Shown piece by piece: positions 1-9,677 of a DNA stretch of 64,000 nucleotides (the first letter of the stretch is position 1; the number at the start of each line of letters is the position of its first letter). Source of the DNA: an uncultured cyanobacterium (GTDB taxonomy: Bacteria > Cyanobacteriota > Cyanobacteriia > CAKZMO01). The stretch spans positions 64,001 through 128,000 of the forward strand of contig CAVRCJ010000006.1 of NCBI GenBank assembly GCA_963719515.1. Direction: 5' to 3'. The position numbers were made by a program, and so were the translations under genes. Under the pieces are notes generated by a model. That model worked only from the letters and a program-made list of their open reading frames with translations. It was not told the origin of the DNA and did not search any database.

Positions 1-425
1 AACATGGCATAGCCAATGCCGATACAGTTAATAGGGACAGCAAACAAAAAGGCCTTTGTTGCCCGCAGCGTCGCCGCCGGACGTCCCCCATAGCGAATCT
101 CAGTTAGCTCAGCGTCGGTGACGATTTCGGAGCGCCGCCAGGGGCGGGCAAATAGGTACACCATCACCACGTGGCCCACACCAAAGCTCCACCACTCCCA
201 GTTACCGGTAATGCCGCGGGTTCCGACAACGCCTGCGATGTAGAGCGGCGTGTCGATGGAGAAAGTCGTAGCCGCCATGCTCGTACCTGCCAGCCACCAC
301 GGGAGCTGCCGACCTGAAACGAAGAAGTCGGCTAGGCTCCCAGAAGCCCGGCGAGAGAGATAAAGTCCTAGGACGAGGGTAGCGACGAGGTAGGCTAAGA
401 CAATTAGCCAGTCGATTAGCTGCAT
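1..425 (-). CDS. Sodium:solute symporter (SSS/SLC5) family protein, N-terminal part; runs off the window start
   Basis: My translation from ATG at 425: MQLIDWLIVLAYLVATLVLGLYLSRRASGSLADFFVSGRQLPWWLAGTSMAATTFSIDTP..., a typical SSS N-terminus. Absent from the ORF track because it has no stop in the window. Confidence 0.88.
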   Translation of the reverse strand, partial: MQLIDWLIVLAYLVATLVLGLYLSRRASGSLADFFVSGRQLPWWLAGTSMAATTFSIDTPLYIAGVVGTRGITGNWEWWSFGVGHVVMVYLFARPWRRSEIVTDAELTEIRYGGRPAATLRATKAFLFAVPINCIGIGYAM

Positions 426-485
426 AGCGCTCCAGACAGAACACGTGAGGTGGAATGTCTGGAGTCTATCGTGCTGCGGCCCCCG

Positions 486-1094
486 CTAGACGATGTAGTC
501 GCGCCACACGCCAATTAGCCGGCCCTGCACCGACACCTGATCGGCAGGCTTTTTGATCGGCTCGTACTTAGGATTTGCGGGAGCGAGGGTGATCTCCATG
601 CGATTACGGTAGAAGTACTTGAGGGTATTCCCCTCGCCTTCTACCCGCGCCGCGACGATGGTGCCATTCTTGAGGCGATCGGCCTCTTGAACGGGCCGCA
701 TGATCACGATATCGCCAGGGGCGATCATGGCCCCAATCATGCTGTCGCCGTTGACCCGCAGGGCGTAGTCCTTGGGGCGCAGCTGGATGCCGGAGAGGTC
801 GAGCCTCTCTTCCGCATCGGTGCAGGGTTCAATCAGTCCCCCCGCAGCGATTTCCCCATAGATGGGCAGGCCATTGTGGACGGATTCGGCCAGGCGGATA
901 GTGCGGGCGCGGCCTTCAGTCCAGGCGATGTAGCCTTTAGTGCGCAGATGATCTAGCCGACTTTGAATGGGGGCTGGAGATTTGAGTCCCATGGCCCGCA
1001 TCATTTGACGGATAGAGGGGGAATGCTGGTTTTCGCGGATGTAGGCGACTAGCCAGTCATAAAGCTCTTGTTGAGCGGGAGTGAGAGGTTCCAT
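486..1094 (-). CDS. lexA: LexA transcriptional repressor
   Basis: N-terminal wHTH (LTPAQQELYDWL..SPSIRQM), Ala-Gly cleavage site (IAAGG), catalytic Ser (GDSM) and Lys (TLK). Confidence 0.96.
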   Translation of the reverse strand: MEPLTPAQQELYDWLVAYIRENQHSPSIRQMMRAMGLKSPAPIQSRLDHLRTKGYIAWTEGRARTIRLAESVHNGLPIYGEIAAGGLIEPCTDAEERLDLSGIQLRPKDYALRVNGDSMIGAMIAPGDIVIMRPVQEADRLKNGTIVAARVEGEGNTLKYFYRNRMEITLAPANPKYEPIKKPADQVSVQGRLIGVWRDYIV

Positions 1095-1118
1095 ATGGTT
1101 TGCCTATTCTTCTACCTC

Positions 1119-1132
1119 AGAACAGTTGTACC
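1119..1132 (-). promoter_or_regulatory. Cyanobacterial LexA box upstream of lexA
   Basis: Minus strand reads GGTACAACTGTTCT, matching the Anabaena-type consensus RGTACNNNDGTWCB, about 25 bp upstream of the lexA ATG. Confidence 0.75.
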
Positions 1133-1227
1133 ACCTTGGGGACGCGGTGTCCAGGTATTTGGGGGTGGATTTATAGAAATTTTGTTCTGTTGGACTGGAG
1201 GCAGCGCGGGGTGGGCTTTTAGGGCAG

Positions 1228-1914
1228 CTAGCGCTTCTGTGAGACAGACTGGTGCTGCTGCTTAACCCAGCTAAACCATTCGTCTAGCCCCGTCCCCTCC
1301 TTGGTCGATACGGGCAGAACAGGGACATTGGGGTTGACCTGGCGGACGTTGGCCTCGATTTGGGCGAGGTCGGCATCAAGGTAGGGGGCAAGGTCAACTT
1401 TGGTCACTAGCAGACAGTCCGCCTCGCGAAACATAATTGGGTACTTGAGGGGCTTATCTTCCCCTTCGGTAAGGCTCAACAGCGCCACTTTAGCATGCTC
1501 CCCCACCTCAAATTCGGCGGGGCATACCAGGTTACCCACATTCTCCACCAGCACCAAATCAAGCGCGTGGGGATCGTGCTGCGTTTCCAGAGTGCGAATC
1601 CCCCCGGCCACCATCTGCGAATCGAGGTGGCAAGCTCGCCCTGTATTGATGGCGACCACCGGCACCCCATACTGCCGCAGGCGATCGGCATCCAGTTCGG
1701 TGGTCATATCTCCCTCAATGACGGCGATCGCCAACTCTGGGGTTAGCGCTGCTAGGGTACGCTCTAGCAGCGCCGTTTTGCCTGCGCCAGGGCTGCTCAT
1801 CAGGTTGAGACAGGTGATGCCCCAGCGGTCGAAGTGACTGCGGTTGTGGTCGGCCCCAGCTTGGTTGGCGTGGAGCAAGTCAAGCTCTAGGGCTGCGGAG
1901 AAAGTTTGGTGCAT
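1228..1914 (-). CDS. hypB: HypB-family nickel-insertion GTPase (GhaB-like, guanidine hydrolase accessory)
   Basis: SSPGAGKT P-loop, [14 protein letters not shown] and [10 protein letters not shown] motifs; co-transcribed with hypA and gdmH. Confidence 0.93.
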   Translation of the reverse strand: MHQTFSAALELDLLHANQAGADHNRSHFDRWGITCLNLMSSPGAGKTALLERTLAALTPELAIAVIEGDMTTELDADRLRQYGVPVVAINTGRACHLDSQMVAGGIRTLETQHDPHALDLVLVENVGNLVCPAEFEVGEHAKVALLSLTEGEDKPLKYPIMFREADCLLVTKVDLAPYLDADLAQIEANVRQVNPNVPVLPVSTKEGTGLDEWFSWVKQQHQSVSQKR

Positions 1915-1920
1915 AGGGCG

Positions 1921-2298
1921 TCAATCAGAATAATTGGAGGCGATGTTCGGCCCAGCGTATTCTACGCGATCGATCTTCAGCTCTCGGCCGGAGCGAATAT
2001 CGTCCAAGGGAGAGCCGCAGGTGGGGCAAGCGTACTGTAGACCGATAGTCGGGCGGTATTCGGCGCGGCAGCCGCGGCAAAAGGCCACCAGCGGCGTCTC
2101 GCGAATGACTAACTCGGCCTGGTCTAGGAAGGTCCCTTTGGTTTGATGGGTGAAGGCAAACTGCAGGCTGGCTGGCTCAACGCAGGTGAACTGCCCCACA
2201 ACAAGATGCACCTGAGAGACCTGGGGCTGACCGGGCTGCGCCTGCCACCAGTCTTTAAGGGTGACAATCAGCGCTCGGGTCATGTCGGTTTCGTGCAT
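1921..2298 (-). CDS. hypA: HypA-family nickel metallochaperone (GhaA-like)
   Basis: N-terminal MHE Ni motif, two CxxC motifs (CRGC, CPTC), GRELKI. Confidence 0.94.
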   Translation of the reverse strand: MHETDMTRALIVTLKDWWQAQPGQPQVSQVHLVVGQFTCVEPASLQFAFTHQTKGTFLDQAELVIRETPLVAFCRGCRAEYRPTIGLQYACPTCGSPLDDIRSGRELKIDRVEYAGPNIASNYSD

Positions 2299-2307
2299 GG
2301 CTGGGGT

Positions 2308-3493
2308 CTAGCTCCAGGCCTCATCGACAGCCATGTTCGCCTCGTCAGTGATGTAGGCGGGCTTTTCCCGGCGCGGGAGCTGCCCGGAGAGCACCAGGTG
2401 AGCCATACTGTCGCAGATAACGCGGGTGGCCATCAGCGCCGTGATGTCGCTGACGTCGTAGGGGGGGGACACCTCCACCACTTCAATGCCGCAGACTGGG
2501 GCGCGCTGCACGATTTTACCCAGCAGCATCAGCGCCTCCCGAGGCAGTAGTCCACCCGGCTCAGGCCAACCCGTCCCCGGCACAAAGCCCGCGTCAATGC
2601 AGTCGATGTCGAAGCTAATCCACACGCAGTCGGTGCCGTCGAGGGCTCGCTCTAGGGCAAAGTCAGCGGCAGCATCCATGCCCATTTCGATGATGTCGGT
2701 GACCGTGAGAATATTCGTTGAGCGCTCCCGGCATACCTTGACCCCTTGGCGAGGCACCTGCCAGCCGCCAATGCCCAACTGCACCAGGTTTTTGGCGGGG
2801 GCGTTGGCCATGTTGGTGGCGTGGAACCAGGGGCAGGTGTGCATGCGCTCGTCTAGGTCGGTTTCCTGAGTGTCCACATGGCGATCGAAGTGGATGATGC
2901 CGACTTTCTTGTCGCCGAGGTGGCGGCATACCCCCCGCACTGTGGGGAAGCCGATGGAGTGGTCGCCTCCTAGCACGATAGGCAATGCCCCCGACTGAAA
3001 AATATGAGCAATGCCCTTGGAAATTTGGTCGAAGGATTTTTCGTTGTTGGCCGGAATCGTGAAGATATCCCCCACGTCGCACAGGGTAATCTGCTCCCGC
3101 AGGTCAACGCCAAACTCAAAGTTGTAGGGGGTATAGAGAGCGGAAATTTTGCGGATGCCCTGAGGGCCAAAGCGGGTGCCGGGGCGGTAGGTGGTGCCGG
3201 AGTCGTGGGGAACGCCGACGATGGCCACGTCGTAGTTGCCCACCTGGCGCACGTCTTCGATGTAAGGGGCTTTGAGGAAGGTGTTGATACCTGCGTAGTG
3301 GGGCAGCTCGCCGCGAGAAAAGGTAGGAATGGTGCGATCGCGAATGCTGGCGGCGGCCTCTAGACCGTACTCTAGACCCTGGGACACCTCCTGCTGCCAC
3401 CCTGTCATCGGGAGGCTTGGTTTCACGCTCTAAAGCGCTTTGAGCTTCTTCGCCCTGGGGCCGCTGAAAAGTTGAATCTTCCGGTGGGGTCAT
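2308..3493 (-). CDS. gdmH: Ni-dependent guanidine hydrolase (ureohydrolase family), with an apparent +1 frameshift near 3411-3420
   Basis: GGDHS, DRHVD, SFDIDCID, GTGWPEPGG and VEVSPPYD motifs; closely resembles Synechocystis Sll1077 as I recall it. The expected N-terminus (MTPPEDSTFQRPQGEEAQSALERET) is in a different frame, and the span of 1186 nt is 3n+1. Confidence 0.9.
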
Positions 3494-3525
3494 GCCTGAA
3501 CCTCTGCGATGCCTTGCAACTGCTC

Positions 3526-3554
3526 ACTATAGAAGCGCAGCCACCTGGGGTCAA
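3526..3554 (-). promoter_or_regulatory. Putative sigma70-type promoter of gdmH-hypA-hypB
   Basis: Minus strand TTGACC-N17-TATAGT, ending 32 bp upstream of the ATG at 3493. Confidence 0.65.
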
Positions 3555-3649
3555 GCCCGATTCTCAGTGAACAGTGACGGCGCAGCGTTGAAAAATCAGC
3601 CGAAACAAACCTTTGTGATTGACAAGTTTTGTTCATTCGTAACGCTTCC

Positions 3650-3663
3650 GTAACAGATGCTAC
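3650..3663. promoter_or_regulatory. Putative NtcA-binding site
   Basis: GTA-ACAGATGC-TAC (GTA-N8-TAC) between two divergent nitrogen-scavenging units. No perfect TAN3T at the canonical 22-nt spacing. Confidence 0.55.
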
Positions 3664-3783
3664 TTTTTGTTGGCCTAGGGCTTGCTTCTATAGAGAGACC
3701 TAGAGGTGTTTGGCAGACAAATCTTGGCCTTCTTGTGCCGACTTTTGCGCCAAGGCGATCGCCATCCAAACTGAATATTTTAT

Positions 3784-3903
3784 GATTCCCTAGGGTTCCG
3801 GTTCAGATGCTGCTGAACGGCTGGTCCGAGAGGGGAAGCCAAACCGTCCACTGTCTCTAGCCGTGTGGCGATTCGGTACACGGCGGGATAAAAGCCCGGG
3901 AGG
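3784..3903 (+). ncRNA. Guanidine-I (ykkC-yxkD) riboswitch aptamer
   Basis: Conserved blocks CTAGGGTTCCG, CTGGTCCGAGAG and ACACGGCGGGATAAAAGCCCGGGAG, upstream of an ABC importer in a guanidine catabolism locus. Confidence 0.95.
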
Positions 3904-3934
3904 TTCGCGTTTGTTGCCGATCTCCTGGGCTTTT
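3890..3934 (+). terminator. Riboswitch expression platform (terminator hairpin overlapping the aptamer 3' end)
   Basis: AAAAGCCCGGGAG (3890-3902) can pair with CTCCTGGGCTTTT (3922-3934). This pairing is mutually exclusive with the ligand-bound aptamer, consistent with an ON switch. Confidence 0.75.
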
Positions 3935-4035
3935 GGCGTAGCATCGCGTGACCCACCACCTAACGATAGACCGCCTGACGATAGACCAATAGAGCCCTTA
4001 CCCAAAGCGCATACGAAACAGTTTTCTTAGAGCAT

Positions 4036-5091
4036 ATGAAACGCCGTTCCCTACTTTCACTCACCCTCGCATTCGTCTGCACCTTCCTTGTTGCCGTAGG
4101 CTGCGGACAGCCGCCAGCCTCTGACTCAGACGCCGATACATCAACTGCCGACGCTACCGCTCCCGCAGAAGTTAGCGGTGAACCCATAAAAATGGGTTAC
4201 AGCAGCTGGGCAGGCTGGTGGCCCTGGAAAATTGCTGAAGAGCAGGGTTTCTTTGAGCAAAACGGAGCCAACGTTGAGCTGATTTGGTTCGATGGCTATT
4301 TGTCTTCCATGGAAGCTCTAGCCGCCGGTCAGCTCGATGCCAACTGCCAGACGCTCAATGACACCATCTCCTTTGCGGCTGACGCCGTTAACGGCGAGGT
4401 TGGGGTGCTGGTAAACGACAACTCTGACGGCAACGACAAGGTAATCGTTGCCGAAGATATCAACAGCGTTGCAGACCTAGAGGGCAGGACCGTGGCCCTA
4501 GAAGAGGGGGTCGTAGGAGACTTTTTGCTCTCTCTAGCTTTAGAAGAAGCCGGGATGAGTCGGGACGCTGTCGAAATTAAAAATCTGGAGACGGGCGCGG
4601 CAGCGACGGCTTTTGCGGCGGGCCAAACCGACGCCTTTGCGGGCTGGGTTCCTTTTTGGGAAACCGCCCTGACGCGGGAGGGAAGCAAAGAGCTGGCGAG
4701 TTCTGCCGAGTTTCCGGGCGCTATCCCCGACCTGCTGGTTGTGACCCAGACCCTGATTGACGAGCGGCCCGACCAGGTTCAGGCTTTAGTCGACACTTGG
4801 TTTGACGTCCGAGACTTTATGGCCGAGAGCGCTGAAGAGGCCAACGCAATCATGGCGAAGCGGGCTAGCGTGGACGATGCTGACTTCGAGACCTATCTCG
4901 AAGGGACCCGCTTCTTCACGATTGACGAGAATCTGGAGGCTTTTGAAGGGGGTGACGACATGACTGCTATGCCTTTTGCCGCCAAAGAAATGGCCGACTT
5001 TATGGTGGAAGTGGGCTTTATTCCCGAGGCGCCCGATCTCGAAGCGGTGCTAGACAACCAGTTTGTTCAGGCCTACGCCGACGCGCAGTAG
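4036..5091 (+). CDS. ABC transporter substrate-binding lipoprotein (NitT/TauT family, likely guanidine-binding)
   Basis: Lipobox-like VAVGC, GYSSWAGWWPW motif; first gene after the riboswitch. Confidence 0.88.
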   Translation: MKRRSLLSLTLAFVCTFLVAVGCGQPPASDSDADTSTADATAPAEVSGEPIKMGYSSWAGWWPWKIAEEQGFFEQNGANVELIWFDGYLSSMEALAAGQLDANCQTLNDTISFAADAVNGEVGVLVNDNSDGNDKVIVAEDINSVADLEGRTVALEEGVVGDFLLSLALEEAGMSRDAVEIKNLETGAAATAFAAGQTDAFAGWVPFWETALTREGSKELASSAEFPGAIPDLLVVTQTLIDERPDQVQALVDTWFDVRDFMAESAEEANAIMAKRASVDDADFETYLEGTRFFTIDENLEAFEGGDDMTAMPFAAKEMADFMVEVGFIPEAPDLEAVLDNQFVQAYADAQ

Positions 5092-5195
5092 AGCCACCTT
5101 TATTCGCGCGCTGCCCTCCCTACTGCGCTCACCCTTGTAGGCAGAGTAGCTGCCCTCTCCCTGAGACTGTCTGTTGATGTTGCCCCAGGCTCGCT

Positions 5196-6035
5196 ATGCT
5201 CACCGCCCGCCCTGCCGACGCTCCGGCGTCTGAACCCAAGAGCCTCCCCCCCGCCGTCTTTTGGCGGCTACGGGAAGACATTCCTGCTCGTCTCAGCGCT
5301 CTTTTGGCAGGGCTGTCAGTGCTGATACCCCTCGCGGCCTGGTGGCTCGTAGCCGCGTCAGGCTTCGTGGAAGAGAAATTTCTCCCCTCGCCCATTACCA
5401 TAGCCCGAGCGTTAGCAGAACTGTGGCGTGACGGCTTCTTGGTGGGCGATACGCTGGCGAGTTTTCTGCGGGTGTCGGCGGGGTTCCTGCTGGCGGCGGC
5501 AGTGTCGGCTCCTCTTGGAATCTCTATGGGGTCTTTTGCCAGCGTGCGATCGCTGTTTGAACCTATTATTGGCGTTGTGCGCTACATGCCTGCCCCCGCC
5601 TTCATCCCTCTGTTGATCATTTACTTAGGGCTGGGGGAAGCGCCAAAAATAGCGCTGATTTTCATCGGCACGGTGTTTTTCAACACGCTGATGATTATGG
5701 ACGCGGTGAAGTTTGTCCCCAAGGAGCTCCTAGAGACTGCCTATACCTTGGGAGGGGCAAGGCGGCAGGTATTGCTTCAGGTGATTACCCCCTACGTTTT
5801 GCCCAGCGTCATTGATGCGTTTCGCATCAACCTGGCCGCATCTTGGAACCTGGTCGTGGTGGCGGAACTTGTGGCGGCAGAGACAGGTTTGGGGAAGCGG
5901 ATTTTGATTGCCCAGAAGTTTTTCCAGACGGATGAGATTTTCGCCTGCTTGCTTGTTCTGGGACTCATCGGGTTTTTGATGGATCTGTCGCTGCGGGTGC
6001 TAGGGCGAATAACCTGCCGATGGGCGATGGATTAA
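5196..6035 (+). CDS. ABC transporter permease (NitT/TauT family)
   Basis: Multiple TM segments, EAA loop (ELLETAYTLGG), WNLVVVAELVAA. Confidence 0.92.
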   Translation: MLTARPADAPASEPKSLPPAVFWRLREDIPARLSALLAGLSVLIPLAAWWLVAASGFVEEKFLPSPITIARALAELWRDGFLVGDTLASFLRVSAGFLLAAAVSAPLGISMGSFASVRSLFEPIIGVVRYMPAPAFIPLLIIYLGLGEAPKIALIFIGTVFFNTLMIMDAVKFVPKELLETAYTLGGARRQVLLQVITPYVLPSVIDAFRINLAASWNLVVVAELVAAETGLGKRILIAQKFFQTDEIFACLLVLGLIGFLMDLSLRVLGRITCRWAMD

Positions 6036-6057
6036 TCTGCAGTATGAGGCAATTGCT

Positions 6058-6849
6058 ATGCATTTGGAAGTCAACCACCTCTCTAAGCAGTTTGATACCC
6101 GTCAGGGGCCGCTGGTTGCCTTAGAGGACGTCAACCTCCATGTAGAAACGGGAGAGTTTGTCTGCGTCGTCGGAGCCTCGGGCTCTGGCAAGTCTACGCT
6201 GCTGCGCCTCGTCGCCGGGCTGGACGCCCCAAGCTCAGGAGAGGTTGTAGTCGATGGCTATCCGGTCACCGGACCGGGCGCAGATCGGGGCATGGTGTTT
6301 CAAAGCTATACCCTCTACCCCTGGATGAGCGTACAAAAGAACATCGAGTTTGGGCTAAAGCTGCAGGGGGTGAACAGCCCAGAGCGGCGAGACGCCGCGC
6401 GGTATTTTCTGCAAATGGTGGGGCTAGAGCACTTTTCTCAGGCGTTGCCCAAAGCGCTTTCGGGAGGTATGAAGCAGCGGGTGGCGATCGCCCGGGCGCT
6501 GGCCTCGCGGCCTAGAATCTTGCTGATGGATGAGCCGTTCGGAGCGCTGGACGTGCAGACGAAGGAATCGATGCAGCAGTTTATGCGAGAGCTGTGGCAG
6601 AGCACGGAAACTAGCGTTCTGATGATTACCCACGACGTAGAAGAGGCGGTATTTTTGTCGCAGCGGGTGTATGTGCTGGCGGCCCATCCAGGAACGGTGC
6701 AGGCGGAGGTACGAATTGACTTACCGGCTGAGCGGACCTATCAGATCAAGTCGATGCAGGCGTTTCAAAGCTACCGGGAGGACATTATGGCGCTGCTGCG
6801 GGGGCAAAGGCTGGTAAAAGATGCCGAGGTTGCTTCGCAGGGGCCGTGA
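6058..6849 (+). CDS. ABC transporter ATP-binding protein (NitT/TauT family)
   Basis: Walker A GASGSGKS, signature LSGGMKQR, Walker B LLMDEPF. Confidence 0.95.
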   Translation: MHLEVNHLSKQFDTRQGPLVALEDVNLHVETGEFVCVVGASGSGKSTLLRLVAGLDAPSSGEVVVDGYPVTGPGADRGMVFQSYTLYPWMSVQKNIEFGLKLQGVNSPERRDAARYFLQMVGLEHFSQALPKALSGGMKQRVAIARALASRPRILLMDEPFGALDVQTKESMQQFMRELWQSTETSVLMITHDVEEAVFLSQRVYVLAAHPGTVQAEVRIDLPAERTYQIKSMQAFQSYREDIMALLRGQRLVKDAEVASQGP

Positions 6850-6851
6850 GG

Positions 6852-7649
6852 TTAAGGCGATCGCTGGGCCAGCCGCTCGGCGGTGCGCAAAATCTTGGCC
6901 GCCAGCATTGCCGCCCCGAAGCCATTGTCGATGTTCACGACCCCTAGCCCCGTTGCGCAAGAGTTGAGCATCGTCAGCAGGGGCGTCAGCCCATTGAACT
7001 GGGTGCCGTAGCCAACGCTGGTGGGCACCGCCACCACGGGGCAGGCCGCCAGACCCGTTACTACGCTGGGCAGCGCCCCCTCCATCCCGGCCACCACAAT
7101 TAGCACGTCCGCCTCGGTAATCAGGTGTCGATGGGCCAGCAGCCGGTGGATTCCGGAGACGCCCACGTCCCAAAGGCGCTGGGTCTGAAATCCACATAGG
7201 TCGGCGGTCACAGCGGCTTCCTCGGCGACGGGCAGGTCGGAAGTGCCGGCAGAGATGAGGGTAATGGTGCCGGGGTAGCGGGGGGCGATCGCGTCGGCCT
7301 TTGAGGGCTGATTATGAACAACCGCACAGATGCGCGCTTCGGGATAGTAGCGTAGCCCCGGCAGCTCTGGGGCAATCTGCTCGTAGACCTGGGGCTCAAT
7401 CCGGGTCGCCATGACTACCGGCTGGTCCTCCTGGAGGGCCTGGATGATTTTTACGAGCTGCTCCGGCGTCTTGCCCGGTCCCCACACCACCTCCGGAAAT
7501 CCGGTGCGCAAGGCGCGGTGGTGGTCTACTTGGGCGAAGTCCCCCACGGGCTCCACGTCGAAGTGCTTAAGCTTAGCCAGCGCCTGCTCAGGGGACACCT
7601 GCCCCTGAGCCACGCTGTGAAGAATTGCCTGAAGCTGATCGGGCTGCAA
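6852..7649 (-). CDS. larB: LarB/CpmA-family (AIR carboxylase-like) protein
   Basis: DHHRALRTGFPEVVWGPGKT, AGTSDLPVAEEA, DVGVSGIHRL, AGMEGALPSVV, PTSVGYG and NIDNGFGAA motifs. Confidence 0.92.
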   Translation of the reverse strand: MQPDQLQAILHSVAQGQVSPEQALAKLKHFDVEPVGDFAQVDHHRALRTGFPEVVWGPGKTPEQLVKIIQALQEDQPVVMATRIEPQVYEQIAPELPGLRYYPEARICAVVHNQPSKADAIAPRYPGTITLISAGTSDLPVAEEAAVTADLCGFQTQRLWDVGVSGIHRLLAHRHLITEADVLIVVAGMEGALPSVVTGLAACPVVAVPTSVGYGTQFNGLTPLLTMLNSCATGLGVVNIDNGFGAAMLAAKILRTAERLAQRSP

Positions 7650-7697
7650 AACCTATTCCTGTCCTACGATTCACCACTTCTAGGGTAGAGCAAAACG

Positions 7698-9488
7698 CTA
7701 TTGCTCGGTCAGCCTCAGCGACTCCAGGTTCCACAGCGCCCCGCCAAGGGCAGAGTACTGCACATTTTCCACCTGGTTACGCACGGCCCCCAGAGATAGG
7801 GGATTGACTAAGTAGATGTAGGGTAAATATTCCTGGGTCAGGCGCTGCGTTTCTGCGTAGAGCGCTTTCCGCTTTTCTTCGTCTAGCTCCTGCGCCGCTT
7901 GAATATAAAGATCGCTAATTTCACCCTCCCAGTCATATATCTTGCGACCGTCAACGGGGGGCTGTCCCGGCAGGGCGGCCTGGTTAAAGATATGCATGCT
8001 GCCGTCAGTCCGCCAGACGTTAGCGCCGCTGTTGGGCTCCACGCCACCGCTAAGACCCAAGATAAAGCACTCCCAATCCAAGGTATTGGTGAGCTTATCC
8101 ACTAGCGTATTAAAAGCGATGGGCTGAAAGTCCACCTGAATGCCAATATCCAGCAGATCTCGCTTCACCTGCGCCCCGATCGCCTCTCGGATTTTGTTGC
8201 CTGCGTTGGTAATCAGGGTGAAGCGGACAGCATTGCCGTCCTTATCCTGCAGCGCCCCGCCGGCATCGTACTCAAACCCAGCAGTTGTGAGGAGTTCACG
8301 GGCGGTCTCTGCGCTGTAGTCGTAGGTCTCTAATCCGTCGCCGGGCGGCAGGTAGTAGGGGCTTTGCACCGATATGGGTGAGGTCTGGGGCTCTCCTAAT
8401 CCCTGAAAAATATTGTTGATCATCGTGTCGCGGTCGATGGCGTAGGCGATCGCCTGACGAAAGGCCGGATCCGTAAACCAGGCGGACTTGATAGGATCCA
8501 CCAGCGGCTTACCGTCGCGACTGCCCACGTTCAGGTTGAAGGAAATAAAGTTGGTGCCCGGACGGGGGCCGTCTTCGTGAATTTCGAAACCGCCTCGGTC
8601 CTCCTCGCGCTTCAGCAGGGCAAAATTCTCAGGGGGGACCGAAATCACGTCTAGTCCTCCAGAGCGAAACTGCAGCAGCGAGGCGTCTGTAGACTCCACA
8701 ATTTGCAGCACAAAACGCTCGATGTAGGGCTGGGGTTCTTCCTCTGTCCCCTTCCAGTAATGGGGATTGCGCTCAAAAATTACCCGCTGTCCGGGAGCAT
8801 AACTCACCATCCGGTAGGGACCATTGCCGATAATTTTCTTGGGGTCAGTGTCCGTCCCCCAAACTGAGATAAAGCGAGGGTTGCCGTCCATATCCATCTC
8901 GCTGACCGCCTCCCCCAGTACATGCTGGGGCAAAATCGTGATTCCCCCCGCGTAGCGCAAGAACGGCGCAAACGGCTGGGGAACAACAAACTCAACTCGG
9001 CGTTCGTCTAGCTTGTTGACGGTGGGAAACAAACCTTCGTCCCCAATCCGCAAAATATCGCTCTCGCCGCTAGGGATGGCGGGGTTGAAGTAAATGTCGT
9101 TGTAGGTAAAGACAACATCGTCCACGGTAAAGGGCTCTCCGTCCGACCACAGCAGCCCCTCCCGCAGCGTAAAGACAATACGCTTTTGGTCCTCAGAAAC
9201 CTCAACCGACTCGGCCACCGCCAGCTCTAGCTCCCCGGTAATACCATTCTCCTGCAGCAGCCCCTCATACAGCAGGCCAAACACAGCGGTGACTTCTTGG
9301 CTCATGACGGGGTTGAAGGTCTTGGGGTCGCTGATTTCGCTGATCACCAAGGGGGAAATCTGCGCGGCCTCTGTCTTGTACCAGCTCATCTGGCAGCTGC
9401 CCATAGCGATCGCTAGAGCGAAGCCCAGGGCGGCACAAAACCACCGATAGAGTCGTGATTTCAGCTGTCGAGTCGAGACGGGAGGCAT
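7698..9488 (-). CDS. ABC transporter substrate-binding protein, family 5 (peptide/nickel)
   Basis: DPKTFNP, WSDGEPFTVDDVVFTY, GNGPY and FRQAIAYAIDR motifs. Confidence 0.92.
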   Translation of the reverse strand: MPPVSTRQLKSRLYRWFCAALGFALAIAMGSCQMSWYKTEAAQISPLVISEISDPKTFNPVMSQEVTAVFGLLYEGLLQENGITGELELAVAESVEVSEDQKRIVFTLREGLLWSDGEPFTVDDVVFTYNDIYFNPAIPSGESDILRIGDEGLFPTVNKLDERRVEFVVPQPFAPFLRYAGGITILPQHVLGEAVSEMDMDGNPRFISVWGTDTDPKKIIGNGPYRMVSYAPGQRVIFERNPHYWKGTEEEPQPYIERFVLQIVESTDASLLQFRSGGLDVISVPPENFALLKREEDRGGFEIHEDGPRPGTNFISFNLNVGSRDGKPLVDPIKSAWFTDPAFRQAIAYAIDRDTMINNIFQGLGEPQTSPISVQSPYYLPPGDGLETYDYSAETARELLTTAGFEYDAGGALQDKDGNAVRFTLITNAGNKIREAIGAQVKRDLLDIGIQVDFQPIAFNTLVDKLTNTLDWECFILGLSGGVEPNSGANVWRTDGSMHIFNQAALPGQPPVDGRKIYDWEGEISDLYIQAAQELDEEKRKALYAETQRLTQEYLPYIYLVNPLSLGAVRNQVENVQYSALGGALWNLESLRLTEQ

Positions 9489-9677
9489 GGTGTCGTTTCT
9501 CTAAAAGACAACCAGCGGACTAATCCTCTACGCTCTACGCCCAATTGCCAAATTCTTTTGACAAACGAAGACGAATGAGCAGGTTTGAACTATGCTGGGG
9601 CTTAGATTCTAGCGTGAGCATATCGCTGGAATATGTCAATTCTGTGACAAGTAATCTGTGACAGGTCTGCGGCTAGC

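Noticed and set aside
1228..2298. hypA/hypB as evidence of a hydrogenase locus
   Set aside because: No hydrogenase or hypCDEF genes are nearby; the context points to guanidine hydrolase maturation.
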